From: Eledone cirrhosa
Taxonomy: Eukaryota
DNA: 64,000 nt
Reading direction: 5' to 3'
Assembly (NCBI GenBank): GCA_964016885.1
Contig: OZ024743.1
Span: 192,572,001-192,636,000, forward strand
Positions 25,690-40,722 of this stretch are shown here, one piece after another (within the stretch, counting starts at the first letter, position 1; each line of letters opens with the position of its first letter). The notes under the pieces are model-generated. The model was not told the origin of the DNA. It ran no database searches and saw only the letters and a program-made list of their open reading frames with translations. The position numbers and the translations under genes were made by a program.

Positions 25690-26500
25690 GACACATGCAG
25701 CCAGGTTGGAAGTGATATCAAAACTAGCGGGTATAGAATAAGCTGGTTGGAATTCGCGGACAACATGGTATTACTTAACACATCAGAAGGTGAACTCCGA
25801 TATATACTTCATAGGTTTGCTGCTGAGGAATGAAAATCAGTGCTGCAAAGACTGAAACACTCACCCTCTCAAAGAAGCCTATGCAGTGCACTCAACATGT
25901 GAATAGCATTCCACTGAAGCAGGTGGAGAAGTTCAAGTATTTCATGAGAGGGAAGGCAGAAGACTGAATTAAGTGCAAGAATTTCAAGCACTGGTACAGT
26001 AATGCACCAGCGTCAGCATTCAGTCATCAGAAGAAGAGGGGGGGGGGGGGGGGGGGGGTAAGTGTAAAAGCCAAACTCACTCTCTTTAATTTGGTATTTA
26101 CACTAAACTTTATCTATGGTCATGAATCTTAGGTAATGACAAAGAATATGATTGTAAATACAAGCAGCTGAAATGAAATGCCTTGAAAGGGTCTCTGGAA
26201 TTACATTACTCAATAGAGTCCATAGCTTGGAGAGCAGAGTCACTCCAGATAGAGCTGCTACTTCTCCGATATTACAGACGTAGTCAGACTGTCTTAGGAA
26301 AGAATTGATGAACAGATTTTAAAGGAAAAACCAACCAGCAAGAGACCCAGAGCAAGATGGTTGGATAACATCCTTGAGCTTAACTGGGCTTGCTTAGGGA
26401 TCCAGTTGGAGCAATGGTTGCTTCTGACATGACCCACTGGAAGGTGTGCTTGAGGACTGCCCTCATGACTCACCGAAGAATAAGTGGACAAAGAAGAAGA
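25690..26500 (+). mobile_element. RTE LINE RT/3' fragment
   Basis: ISWLEFADNMVLL, LKQVEKFKY, YGHES and RPRARWLDNI remnants. The same 3' end recurs at 33450-33745 (+), 6760-6960 (-) and 29760-29950 (-). Confidence 0.8.
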
Positions 26501-28059
26501 GAACATATTGTATATGGGGTTCAGATCAGTTTTTATTATTAAAATCATGGTAGAATTATAGAATAAGGAGAACAATGGTGAAAATGCACTACTCTATTTG
26601 GTTGCTTCCCTTTACTTCCAGAATTCAAATTCTGCTGCAGTTAAGTTTACCTTTCCCCCTTCTGGGCCTTGTAAAAGAGGGATGTGAATTAGTTACCACT
26701 TCATGTGTGGCTTTCCATGCTTGCACAGGCTGGATAAAGTCCAGAGCTCATTTCAGCTTCATAGGTGTTAAACAGCTGACAGTACAGGATTTCTTTGGAT
26801 GGGATGCTAGTCCATTCATTGCAGGGCTAGACCCCAGTTGTCACTGGTACTCATTCTCAGCTGAACGAATTGGAGCAATGTGAAATGAAGTACTTTGCTC
26901 AAAGACAATCTGTTACTTTGTCTGGGAATCAAACCCATGATGACCTGATCATCAGCTGAACACACTAACCACATGCCTTCACTTGAAAAGAATAAAGTAT
27001 GTACCAGTAAAAAACTAGCATAAATATAATCAACTAAATATGTGTGTCATAAATCAGTATATTTCTTAATGATTAATAAGTAGTGGGGGTCAATTTAATT
27101 GACTGTTCCCAATAAGACCCCATAAATATGAAGCTTTTTGTGTATGTTAGCCATGATAATTATTAAATAGTGAATGAGTAATAGCAGGAAAAGGCAAGAG
27201 ACTACCGGCTGTTAAGTAGCCCCAGTTAGTCAGGATTGTGATAGGTCTGTTAAAACAGGGTGACTTGTTATTGTGTTGGTGGTTATTAATGATTAAACAC
27301 CTTGTATATCTGTAAATATGTGTGCATATTGTGTGTGCGTGCACGCATATGAACATTATGTGAGCACATGTACATGCATATTGTGGGTGCACACGTGCAT
27401 ATTGTGTGTAGAGGAGGGTGAAGGCACATAGCTTCATGGGTCAAGTGTTTGGCTCATGATCCTAAGGTAGTGAGGTTTGTTTTGACTGTCAGAATCTTGA
27501 GTAAGACACTTCATCATACTATTTCACTCCATTCGGCCAGAAAAAAAAAAGATTTTTAACTGGGATTGAAACGGGCAGCATTGTCACACAATCCCCCTTA
27601 GAATTATGTAAAGTGTACTTGTCTGTGGCATGCTCAGCCACTGGCACGTTAATTTCACAAACAGACTATTTCATTATTAATTGTACACACACACACACAT
27701 TCTTGGTGGATTATCATAATGGACGTGTGTAAAACTTTCTGAATCAATTAACACACACAAACTAGAGCAACATAAATATATCTTCACCCATTATCCTCGA
27801 CAATAACATCTGCTACTGCTGCTATTATCTTTCCTGTCCTTGGAGAATTTTTGTTTATCATTAACTACGGATGGGCTGAAATGATGGAGCAACTCTGAAT
27901 ATAAATATAAAACCCACATGCCCTCAGGCAGCCATGCGAACCTTCTTTATTTCAGATACAGAAAGTATACACACACACACACCCGCAAATATCACCATTG
28001 ACAGCAAATGCCCAAAATTCTGAATTATCACCACTAATGTGAGCACAATGAAAGGAAGA

Positions 28060-28960
28060 ACAGGAGAGATTGTAAAGATACTAGAGCAGAGAAAATTAAT
28101 GTATGCTCTGTGCAAGAGACTAGACTCCATGTAGGCAAAAAACAGTGCTACAAATGTTTCTGGGTAGGAAATGACAACAGGCTGGGGGAGTAGGATTTTA
28201 TTAGTTCATGAATAGGTAGATATGGTAACCTGTATGAATAGAGTGAATGTGAGAATCATTAAACTCAGACTAGTCCTGAATAAAACAATGATTTCAATTA
28301 TATCTGCATACGCACCTCAATCTGGGTTGAAAGACGAATTCAAGAAGATTTTACAAATCCTTAATGCACACTAGTACTCTAACAAATGACTGACTTCTTA
28401 ATCATTGTAGGGGACTTCAACGGACACATTGGAAAACACTGCGACAGCTATAGTCCATGGAGGCAACAGGCTTGATGCAAGAATGAAGGTTTCAGGCTCC
28501 TAGAAATCTATGACAACAATGACCTATCGATATGTAACACAAACTTCAAAAAAACCAGACAACCACTTGATCACCTATAGATCTGGTGAGCATGCTAGTC
28601 CAATAGATTTTATCCTTACCAAACAACAAAATAGAGTGATGGTTGTAAACATGAAAGCTTTCCCTGGTGAGGAATGCACCTTCCAAAATAACCTAGTAGT
28701 TAGCGACCTCATTGTCAGAGCCAATGAACTTGGAAACAGAAGGCAATATTGAGGTGAAAGATATGGAAGTTGAAAGAGCCCTCAGCCAGTAAAAAGATTT
28801 AGAGATATTTAGCTCAACGCCTACAAGAGTAAGGAAGAATAAATGGAGACATTCAATATTGGGAGCATTAGGAGTTCCTGAAAGATAATCAAGAGGGCTC
28901 TGATGATAGAGCTGCAAAGAATCCTTCCAGGAGTACACGGAGGCATGGTGGAGAAGGACG
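28060..28960 (+). mobile_element. RTE LINE APE endonuclease fragment
   Basis: ISIISAYAPQSG, IVGDFNGHIG and HLITYRSGEHASPIDFILT motifs, with stops and frameshifts. Confidence 0.85.
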
Positions 28961-31900
28961 GGATTATTTCAAAGGGGAAAACTTGTAGGTTGGGTTTGAA
29001 ATACCTTTTTTTTTTTTTTTTTTTTTTTTGCAGCCCTGTCCTATTTCTTTTCTGAGACCTTGTATGTCCACTGGAAGGACGAAAGATAAAGCTGACCCTT
29101 AGTGAAATTTGAAACTAGAATGTTCTGTGTATCTAAGTTTTTAAAATAGATGCACAGTATCTATTTTATTTTTTGTTGTGTATCCTGGTTTTTAGAACAG
29201 GTACACCACGTCTATGCATCTCCTAAAAGGTATTTAAAATGGTGGTTGTCAGGAAAGGCTTTAAATCATTTGTCTCAAAATATCCTACTCATGCCATGTC
29301 TACATGGAAATGTGGATGTAAAAACGATGATGAACTCCAAACCCAGCACTCCACCTCCAGTATATATATATACAAGTTTAGAAAAAAGAAGAGATTAACC
29401 TCTGAATTACTAGAGACCATCATTGGTTCTACAATATAAAGCTAATATTTTTTTATGTTTATATTTCTCAAAAATCCTTCCCTCATAATCTTGTGTAAAA
29501 ACCTTATACTCCAAGCACAGCTTAAAGAAAAAATTATATTACTAAATCTCCCCTAATTCTTGATTATTTTCAAAATTACTTGAAAAATCAGAGGCATTGA
29601 AATATGGTAATGAGAAAGACATTAACCCTTTTGATAAACTACCTGAAACCACCTTTGGTTTTACCATACAAAACTATTGAAATGTATATTTAAAAACCTT
29701 TAATCATAATGCAAGAACCTTTGTTAAGCAATACTCCAAAGACAGGCTTAATGAGAACATTTCGTCTTTGCCTACTTATTCCTGGGATGGTCATGGGGGC
29801 AGAGTCCACAAACATGCTTTCCAGCACGCCCTATCAGTAGCAACTGACACCAATTGATCTGGTTGGATCCCTAAATGAGACTATCCAAGCTCATAGATGT
29901 TGTCCAACCATTTTGCTCATGGTCTATTGCCAGTTGGCTTTTCTTGTAAAATTAATTGTATTAGTAATCTCTCCAAATTCTTGATTATTTAAAAAATTAT
30001 TTGAAAACCGTAGGCAGTGTCTTGCATTAGAAGTATGATAATGAAAGTGTTAAAATGTTAACATTCTGTCTTTCAGCTAGACACTAGCTATGCAACTGAA
30101 ATTGTAATTGAGTGTCAAAACCAGCTCACAGATTCAGTTCAACCACAAATAATGCCTGTATAATTCTAATTTTAGATGCACTGCTATGTTTCTCATGTTT
30201 CAAAATAGATTTTCTTATTAATGTTAAACATTATTGTAAAGACAGCTTCAATCTGCAGTCAACAGAAAAGAACTAATGCTGTTGACTGAATATGTTGCCA
30301 ATAATAATAATAATGATGATCTCTTGACTGGGCACAATGCCAAATGTTTGCATAGTGCAGAGCATAAGTAAATGCATGCACCTCAGTATGTGTTAAAGGT
30401 ACTTATTTTATAGACCCCCAAACGATGAAAAAAAAACAAAAAATTTAGAGAATTTAGAGAATTTTTTTTTACCTCTAACTCTTGATACCAAACCACCTAA
30501 AACACCTCCCAGAAAAACAATACAAAGCTCTTTATTCTAAAATATTTATATTTATCTAAAACCCTTCCATTATAATTTATGTAAAAATCTTTAAGTTATG
30601 TTTCAAACACCAGCTTAATGAGAAAATTAAATTACTAAAGTCACCAAAATCCTTGAACATCTGCAAAATGATTTGAAAATTATAAGCAGTATCTTTCAAT
30701 AGAAATATTTAAAAGAAAATTAAATTTACAGCTCACACCTATGCAGATTTAGCTGGCATCCAATAAGGTTATATTTCATAGGCTTCTTAAGTGTTTTAAT
30801 GATAGAGGCCCCAGTCCTATCATGAAAAGCCATGTAAAATGAAGTATCTTACTCAAGAAAACATACCACTTGATACAAGAATTGAACCTATGATCTAACA
30901 CTATGCTACACGTCTTCACAATAGAAATATGGTGACAAAAGTTTTAAATTTGTTTTAACATATTCCTTTCTAGTTTCATTATAATACTATGACAAATTGA
31001 AACCACATTACTACAGCTAGACGACTTTGTTCAATAAAACAAATATAATTTGTTTTTCATAAAAATGGAGGTAGATTAAAAGTATCCTATAACTTTTCTT
31101 TTCAGAGCGGAAATAATCCTGATTATTAATTCACATCTTAAATTTTCTCTCCTTCCCACAGGAAATAAGTACTTAGTTAAGATTATATTAATAGTTCACT
31201 GCAGGGCAGTGCATATAATAAAGTAGGAAACCAGGTTGTATGTATGTTTTAAGTTGTCTAAGTCTGCCCACTTTTTAAAATTTAATATACTACTGCAAAT
31301 TTATGTTGTACTTACATTCTATGAAGTAATTATTATACTCATTCTATGTTAGGGTTAGTCAAGACTTTGGATGCAGGCATAGCTGAGTGGTTAAGAGATT
31401 TGCTTCAGAATCATAAGGTTGCAGGTTCAATCTCTTTGTGTGGCATTTTGGGCAAGTGTCTATAATAGCTTCAGGTCAAAACAAGCCTAGTGAGTAAAAC
31501 TGGGTAAAAAGAAACTGGTTGGAAGCTTGTCAAATGGACTGCTTGTAATTCAATGGCCCAGCCTGGGCTCACAGTTACATTGATTTGGTTTGCGAATTGT
31601 GGTAAGGATGCGCGTGTATGGAATTCTATTGTAGCATTAATTTCATGAGCATGTTGTTCCATTGGTCAACAAGATGACCACTCATTGTCAAACTTATTCA
31701 ATGAAGATTATACAGCTGTCAAATACTTCTTTTAAGGCATTGCTATAAAAGTAGTCAGCTCTCATTGAATCCTGCTTAGCTGAAGCCAGATCACCATCAT
31801 TTAACATCCATTATTTCAGCTAGCCAAAGTTGTATGGGTCATCACAGATGAAGTCAGTACTTAATCAGAGCCACTGACCTCTCAGATGGGTCAGGGACTG

Positions 31901-34900
31901 CATTTCACTTACATATAATCCTGCTTACCTCTGGTACCTCCAGGTGCATTTTATGACACTGGCACAAAGGAGGTTGTCATGTCTGACAACTGAAGAGACT
32001 TCTCAACCTTTTGTTTGGCAAGTTTCTTATACCTGGATGCCCTTCCTATCACCAACCACTTCAGTGTACTAGGTGGGTCTTATTGATGTGACTGACACCC
32101 TATCATGTCCAAATCAAAGTAAAGTAAATAGACACCTATTGATTTTGAGTGTGCCAGTTGTTTGATGTACTTTACAGCCTGCTTATGACTAACGTGTAAG
32201 TGTTTGAGCATTCTAAAGACATGTGTACTCTTAATAAAATTCTCTGGAAGATTCAGCATTGCATTGCATGCGTGCGTGCGTGCAGATTTGCATGTGCGCG
32301 CGTTATATATATATTATTTAGTTTCAGAATTCTCCCCATTTACATTTTTTTTATACCAAACCCTTCCCAAAACTGCCTCTGCTTCTGTGAAACAAAACTC
32401 ATTTTAACTCTTTTATTACCATATTTGTTATGAAATATGCTGTCAATGTGTTTCAATTAATTTTGAAAATAAACTCAAATTTGTAGGAATTTAGAGAAGT
32501 AACCGACTTTAATAAGCTGATGTTTAGCATATAACCATTTCTTACATAAAATTATGTTTAAAAAAACAATTTTGTATCAAAAAGATTGAATGGTTCCTAT
32601 TAACTTTCCAACAATGACAAACTTTAGTTTAGTAATGTTATAATTATCAGTGAAATAATTTTAGTAAATTCCTTCAAATTCTTCACAAATTAATTCTAAT
32701 AGTCTCAAAAGAGAAATCATTATAACGTGGGATATATAGATTAGTGAGAGGAATGGGAGGGATTACATATGTTGAGTCAAGAAAGGAATTCAGTGGTTGA
32801 TGATTAAATAGGTGAGGTCAGTAACCAGAAGAGGTTATTGAAATAAACAACAAAGAATGTTTTCCGGTTAGTTAACATCTTCCTTTGATAGAGAGATAGA
32901 TATATGTATGTATATATATATATATATATATATAGAAAATACCATCACAACAACTACTTCCACAACCACCATTAATATAATCATGAGTGAGCCTCAATAC
33001 AGCCACTTGAATTGCTAGAAATAGCAACCAAATTTCCCTCCAAACTCACTCTCCTATACTATCTTAAATATACAAACAAGACAGGATGGTCATGGCTGGA
33101 AGACTGTACAGATCTGTTTGACTATGACAAATCTGGGACTAAACTAAATTTATATAGGCATAACTATGTTTAACCCTTTAGTATTTAAACCAGCCGTATC
33201 TGGCCAGAATTCTCTCACCCCTTTCTGTTCAAACCGGCTGTAACCGGCCACTCATACTGATGTTGAGGTATTGTTCTCAAAATAAATATCAAAATCTCAT
33301 AGATTCGATATTATGTCTGATAATGATGCAAGATAAAGCCTTTACCACGAAAATACAATAGTAAATATAGAGTAATGTAACCCCAAAGTTTAATGACACA
33401 CATTGTGGCTTTTTAAGCACTGGACAGTGGAGTTAATGGAGATAGAAATGAAAAAAAATCTGTGTAGGTCAGACATCAGAGAGTTGCTTCAGGTAGAACT
33501 GCTACTACTCTAATATTATAGAGATGTGGTTAGAATGTCTCAGGAAAGATTTGCTGGAGAGATTTTATGAGCAAAACCAGCTGGCAAGAGACTTATGAGT
33601 AGAGCCTGAGTAATATGGCTGAATAACATCCATGAGCTTGGCTGGGCTAGCTTCGAGACCGAGATGGATCAATAGGACATGCTGGAAGGAGTGTTTGAGA
33701 ACTGCCTCCATGACTTTCCCAGGAATAGTGGGCAAAGAAGAAAAACCTCAAGTTTGCTTCCTGCTGGTTTACAGAATTTAATATAATAAATCCAATCCAA
33801 CCCAGGGCCTTTTCACTCCTGTTGGAGGAAACCCTCCCTGGTTGACCTCCACTGGTATAGTTGAACTCACCATGCTTGCCCAATTATGGGTTGGCAAGGC
33901 TATTTAATCCATAGTTAGGGTGGATGGCCTTTGTGTTGCCAGGGTTCCACTTACCCACAGACCATGAAACAGGTTCTGGATTACATGGTACCAGTAGCAG
34001 AGAGAAGCCTGACCTGGGAATCAAACTGCAATATAGTTCTATAGCAGAGGAAGATAGAAATGTCAGGATATTCAAGTAATCCGCATGTGTAAACACACTA
34101 TGTGTACACGTGTTTTTTTAGATGTAACAGCTGTTGATGTAAAACGAGCCATCCATGAGCTAGTATTAAATATGTTGAGTTATGTTTTCTTTCAATTCCA
34201 CCATCATTAAAAGATTGAGGTTATATAATGAGAAACAATGTGGAAATATGAAACACCAGCAAAGTCAATGAGGAAGCCACAACATGTTACAAATGGGAGC
34301 ATAATCTTCTTCAAATCATCATTAGAGTTGTCACTGTAGACCACCAAACTTTAATCCTTTTGATACCAAACCACCTGAAACTGCTTGAGATTTATGACAA
34401 GAAATTGCTCATTTTAAAATGTTTGTTATATCAATTTTATTTTAGAAATATTCTAAATATCAGCCTACTAACAAAAACTTATTAAATTCTTCCAAACGTT
34501 TCATTATTTTCAAAATTAACTGAAACATATCTGTTGCATTTCATTAGAAATACAGTAAAAGTGTTAAGCCAAAAAAAATAAAAAGTGGCAAGTAGCAGTT
34601 AGAAAATTTATGAATAGACAAAATACGAAATCCACTAAATTAAACCATTGCAATACAAAAATTGGTTATGATATTAATAGAGCTAAACAAAGAAAATCCC
34701 AAATTCTGAACGAATACACATCATGCAAGTTTTTTGCTCAGAATACACATCTTGGAGATTTTTTTCTCTGAAGATTCAGAGTTTGTATACTTTTTCCGAC
34801 TAATTTTTATTGTCCATTAGATGAATATTCCCTAAGTTTTAATGATGAGCATTCAAATTGACCAACTGAATGTGATTTATGATTTAATGTGAAAGAGGCT

Positions 34901-37900
34901 GAGTATTCTACTGACAGGTGTACTCTTAACATAATTCTCAGGCAAAATCAATACGATGATGTTGGCAAGGCTGGAGCTTTAAATTACAGCTACAGTCTGA
35001 CAGGATTCTACACAGTTTCTGACTACCCCATTTCACTCACATGACTTAGGTTGATCTGAAACTATAGTAAAACACTTACCCTATGATGCTATGTCATGGT
35101 ATTGAACCAGCAACCTCATGATTGGTAAGTGAACTTCTTAACCCATTCAGCCATCACTGCATTAATTTACTTTAGTAATGAGATACTTTTCACTTTAAAA
35201 TAGTTATTCATTTTGAGAAATCAAAACTGCAGAAAAGCTTTGCGAGACATACTTGTAAAATTAATATTTTCGACAAATTGGAACAAGATGTCAAGAGAAT
35301 AGAAATTATGTAATTTCATCTCAGATCAAATTTGTATTCTAGCTATTTCATTATGTTTAGAAGTTACCCTACAGTGTTAAACTAGGTTTGCTTGCTCTCT
35401 AGAGCCTCCACCCACACAGTGGTTTTGATTTTCAAACACACTAAACATTTTTCTTTCTTTTAAGTCGCAAATCCACAAGTTGGTATTGAAACCACAGTTA
35501 AGAGCTTAATACTCCTATATTTCTTCCAAGTGGAATATGGTTCTGACCTGTACTGATTAACCTGCTCATTACCATATTTCTAATGAAAGACACTATCGTT
35601 TTCAAATAATTTTGAAAATAATCAAGAATTTGGAGGGATTTAGTAATATAATTAACTTTATTAAGTTAGCATTTGGAGCATAAAGATTATTACATTAAAA
35701 TTATGATGGAAAGTTTAAAGATAAATATAAACAGTTTCAGTTTGGTATCAGAAGGGTTATATCAAGTGCAAAGGAGCCAACTGGTGAACCTGTTAGAAAT
35801 AGCAGCCACATCCCCCTCAAATAAATTACTGCCTTAAAAAAAGAAAGAAATCTGTTCTAGATACATAGGCTGAATCAGTAGCATAGCTAAGAGCTGTGAG
35901 GAGAGGGTGTGCACTAGATGGCACATCTATGTTTTATGTATAATGTGTTTTATGTGAAGGGAAAGGCAAACCCTAGTTATGCCACAAAATGATTACAGCT
36001 GAAAGCATGGATGACCTGGAGCTCAACAACTGTAAATGGATATAAAGCTAGAATAATGGTGCAGCATCTCATCATTGTCATTCACAAGCCTTGTAAACTG
36101 TCAAATGATTGACAATGTTTGGGAATATCCAATAACCAATGCATAAGCTATATACAATCATTGATAGCCATAATAGCTAGATCAATAATGTTTGTATATA
36201 CAAAATAATGTGAAGGTATGTGGCTTAATGGTTAAATTGCTGTGCTCATGAACATGGTGGTGAGTTCAATTACCAGACAAGATGACACGTGTCCTGGAGA
36301 AAGACTATTTTTGTTGCTTCAGTACACTCAACTGAAAAAAAACCAAAAAACCTTTTGTCTACAATGTCAAAGAATTAACATTTTTCCTTTCACAGCATCA
36401 ATGTATGGAGAGGAGAGACTGGCATGTATGAGCAATTGCTGGTCTTCCACAAAACTCCCTACCCAGTTCAGAGTCCCAGTCCCTGATTTTATTTCCCAAT
36501 AATTTTTTTGATAATGCAGATTCTTTTTTAAAAGAAATTTTGGTGAGATACATTTTCAAGTTGAAACTTGTTTTCTGCTGCATATGGACTTCATCATCAT
36601 TTAACGTCCATTTTAAACGGTGATGATGATTATGAAACCCATATCATCAATGTTTAACGTCCATTTTTCCACGCTACCATGGGTTAGACGAGTTATCCTG
36701 TTGTGAGCAATACCAGGTCAGGTGAACAAGTCTTGCTCATACAGAACTGATTTTTGGCTTGGTTTCTACAGCTGGATGCCCTTCCTAACGCCAACCTCAT
36801 TTACAGCGAGTACTGGGTGCTTCATGTTGTGACACCTACACGACCACTGTACAGTGTGGACTGGGCGCTTTTTATGCGGCATAAAATAAGACAACTTGAA
36901 AATGTATCTGTATATATGGTGTTAGGAAAATGAGCAATGTGTGCCTCATGGAATCCAGAGATTAATAAAAAGCAAGTGTTTCCCAAGAGCGGTTGACAAC
37001 ACCAAAATGAAATTTCCAAATTGCTTTCACGTTTTTCACAGCATAATTTTTCCAATCCATTTTTGAATGTGAAAATTACGATTTAGTTCAATCTTTTAAG
37101 AAAGAAAATTTTTTTCATTTTGCAATTCCTAATTGTAGAAATGACGTTACATTCCAGTATAAAACCGATGGCATTATCCTGGTTGATATTAATTACCAAC
37201 ATAAAATAGGAAGCCACCAAGAACCAATTTATGTTTAACCTACTACAAATACAGATTAAAAGTATTCAATAAATCGGAGCACTAACAAACGAAAGTATAC
37301 AAAGTAATTAAAATGATTTTTTTAAAATTTCACCTCGAAAGCGTACCCCTGCAGAATTTCATCAAAATAAAATGCCTTAAGAAAGTAGAGAACAAATAAA
37401 TAGGGAGTGGGGTGGATTTGACACTAAATTGTAATTATGCCAATACTTAAAGTATTGTCATTTTAAAGTTCTTTTAGGATCACAGACAACTAACGGTAAT
37501 TTCCCTGAATGAAAACGACTATTATTAATTTTTCCAACATAATCACAATCCATACCTTCGGAAATATTCATTCTATGAACTTCTAAAATTCCTTAAGTGA
37601 AAATTACATTTAAAAAATATATTATCGTAATCTACAACTTTGCAAATGTATCTCTGCAAAATATGTATTAATAAGAAAGTTATGAGAAGACAAACTCAGG
37701 TGAGACACTAAACTGTAGTTATGCATATATCAATATATATAAAGCGACAAAACTAGTCTGGTGCCCCCACCTGACCGTTACCGCATAACTCTTAAAGCAT
37801 ATTTTGCAGAGATAAATTTTCGAAGAAATAGATTACGATTATGTTTGACATTTTTTTTTTTTTAAATCTCGTTTTCACTCACGGAAATTACCGGAAATTT

Positions 37901-38126
37901 ACGATATTAAAACGATAGATTAATCCGAGACTCAGCAAAATAATCCAGATGTTTCATTCGCGGTGCAACTCTTCAGGGTAAAAAAGGCCAATGTTTGCAA
38001 AATTTCATTGAAAAATACGCTTTTAAGAAATTTAAGAGAAAACAAACCATGGAATATGGTTCTACTAAATTGTAGTTATACAGTGTTTCTAGCTTTCGTA
38101 ATGTTTATCGCTAATGTTTTATTTAC

Positions 38127-38290
38127 CTTTTCTAAATGGCATCGACTGAGTCATTTTCATTGTCGGTCACCATTGAGACATTCCGTATCCTCGGTCCCAA
38201 ACAGCGGTTTCTCCCGGCCCAATCATTATCTCACCTAAGAAAGGTGACCCTGCGTGGTACAATGTCATGTTCGCAAGCGCAGCTGAGATA
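38127..38290 (-). promoter_or_regulatory. Candidate promoter / 5' exon of the minus-strand gene
   Basis: Non-repetitive, CpG-containing island at the edge of the CpG-depleted region, with a CCAAT motif near 38219 and a donor-like AAAG|GTAAAT at 38127. It carries a short ORF, MKMTQSMPFRK (phase 1), that does not join the phase-2 exon at 25169 directly. Confidence 0.35.
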
Positions 38291-38552
38291 TACAAACTGT
38301 AGAGTCCCCCTTCCCATTTCTTCTTAATTAACTTTTTAGCTTATTGTTTTTGAATTGGGTGACCCACGTATTAGACTTCTGTCGATTTCAACGTCGAATG
38401 TTCCAGTTATTCGATTAACGAATAACCTGCTCGTGGTAGAGCATTCCAGACCCGTGTACCCATGACGTAGTTCTCAGGGAAATTCAGCGCGAGACTGAAT
38501 AAATCATTTGTAGTAAACTTTTTTACCCCAAAATTCTCACGATACATTAGTG

Positions 38553-38843
38553 CATGGGTATGCAACATATTTCATTAGCGGGCCACTTTTGAAAATTGGA
38601 ACAATTATTAGGGCCAGTCACTCTCAAACATATATAATCTAATGAAAACTACAACTTCTTTCCATAACATGGAACTGGGAAATTATAACACACATAAGTG
38701 AAGCCCTTTAGTATAGGTCAACTAACAGAAAATTGTATAACGGTAACGAAAAAATTTCTAAATAAGCCTACAAGGTAAACATTTTAAACTGTCATCACGG
38801 GCCACTCTGACTGGTCTGGCGGGCCGCCTTTTGCACGCCACTA
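38553..38843. mobile_element. hAT (Charlie/Buster-type) MITE
   Basis: Exact 8-bp TSD CATTAGTG (38545-38552 and 38844-38851) with a central TA, imperfect TIRs CATGGGTATGCAA / TTGCACGCCACTA, and subterminal cgggcc motifs. Confidence 0.85.
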
Positions 38844-39944
38844 CATTAGTGTATCACAATATTAAAAAAAAAAAAAAAAAAATCAAAAAAAAAATCGAGA
38901 TTAACTTTGCCTTTCATATTTCCGGGGTCGAAAAAAATAAAGTACCAGTCAAGTAATAAGGAAGATTTGCTTCCCCACCCGACCCCCTCACCAAAAGGGG
39001 GGGGGGGAATTAGTGGTCTTCTAAATCAGAAGTCAATGATAGCAAAAAAATTAAATAAACGAAAATTTGTTTTGAAAAAAAAAAAAAAAAATGAAATACC
39101 TGATAGTTCTTGGTAGTTTGGGTCCTTTGGTAGAATCACGATAAATAGGTCGAGGTAAGGGGGGCAAAGGGTAAAAAGGGTGAGCCTCTTTTTTCATCAT
39201 ATTCCTTTTTTTTTTTATTTTTAGGAGAGGACAGGTGTATTTCTTTCTTTTTTAAAATCAATGTAATGTATCGCAAGAAACAACGAAAGAAAATAAATTA
39301 AGATGTCTCAGGTACGAAATTGAAGCCGTATGAATTGTTAAACGGAGAGCATGATTCGGTACTGATGTCACTTGCCAGAGAGAAAGAAGCACAACTTCGG
39401 ACAGGAAACACTTATTAAAATTTTCTCTCTCTTTCACTGAATTATTTATGCTGAGCAACGCAATACTTCGAAATGTTGGAGAATAATATTGTCTCCAAGT
39501 TTTAAAATATATATATATATATTTAATATCCCGACAAGCCTACATACGGGTAGTTAATAAATTTTGATGTTATGTTATATAAACAACATTAACCATTACT
39601 TTTAAGTTAAAATCACCAATCTGTACAATCGTAGGTTATTACGTATTAAACAAGCATTGGATGAATCTTATTTTGTTTGTTTGTTTGTGTGTGTATATAT
39701 GTTAATTATTTGGTTTAGGTGTATTGCTGTTAGTTTTTCTTGTATTATGGAATGTACTATATTTGTGGAGGTGTCTCCTTGGTCATGTTATTACCACCAC
39801 ACAGTTATTAATATAAATAAATAAGATGTTCCAGTCTCTACAGATTTAAGCTGTTCAGTGATTCTATATTTTAATTTCCTGTCATTTCAACCAACTTCCC
39901 CAAACCACTGCTAACATTCTTTATATCAACCCAACATATATGTT

Positions 39945-39997
<53 letters not shown>

Positions 39998-40004
39998 ATA
40001 TGTT

Positions 40005-40041
<37 letters not shown>

Positions 40042-40722
40042 TATGTCAATACACAATCAACATATGCGAGTCAGCAATGTAGCATGCCTGCCTCTGCATA
40101 AACATTAATTTCACTATATAAACTTGCAGTAGCAACTGAGAAAGAAGTACGATATATATATATATATATATATATTCATTATGTGGCTTTTTTCCTATCC
40201 TTTTACTCCAGAACTTCCAGGAAACAGTACAAACAACTCTTAACTAAGGAAGGAAGGGGGGTGGCTCAAAACTTGCCAATGGCGAAGAAATACGAGAACG
40301 GAAGAAGTAAAATTTTTAATATTTTTTTTAATAAACGCCTTAAAACATATCTAGGCGAGAAAATAATTTGAATTGGCTACATAATTATGGTCAATGTTGA
40401 TAGAGCAAAGGGTAAACTAACAGACAATACAAATATACAAGCCGGTTTCAATATCTGCCTCTAGTTAATTTTTTCTTTCTTTTTTACTAACGCAGCCGAT
40501 ACATTTAGGGGAAAGGGTTGACGTTTACGACATTTATGAATCCTAGATTAGAGAATATTTGGCGCCAATAGCACTTATTCGTAAGAAACCCTACGAAAAT
40601 TAAAAGTACATAAATATAGGCTTCCACATGGTACGAAGCTGGAATCTTAGCATCGATCCACGCTAACCTCAACAACAGAAGTGCCCCCCCCCCCAAAAAA
40701 AAAGAAGTGTATTAAATGATAA

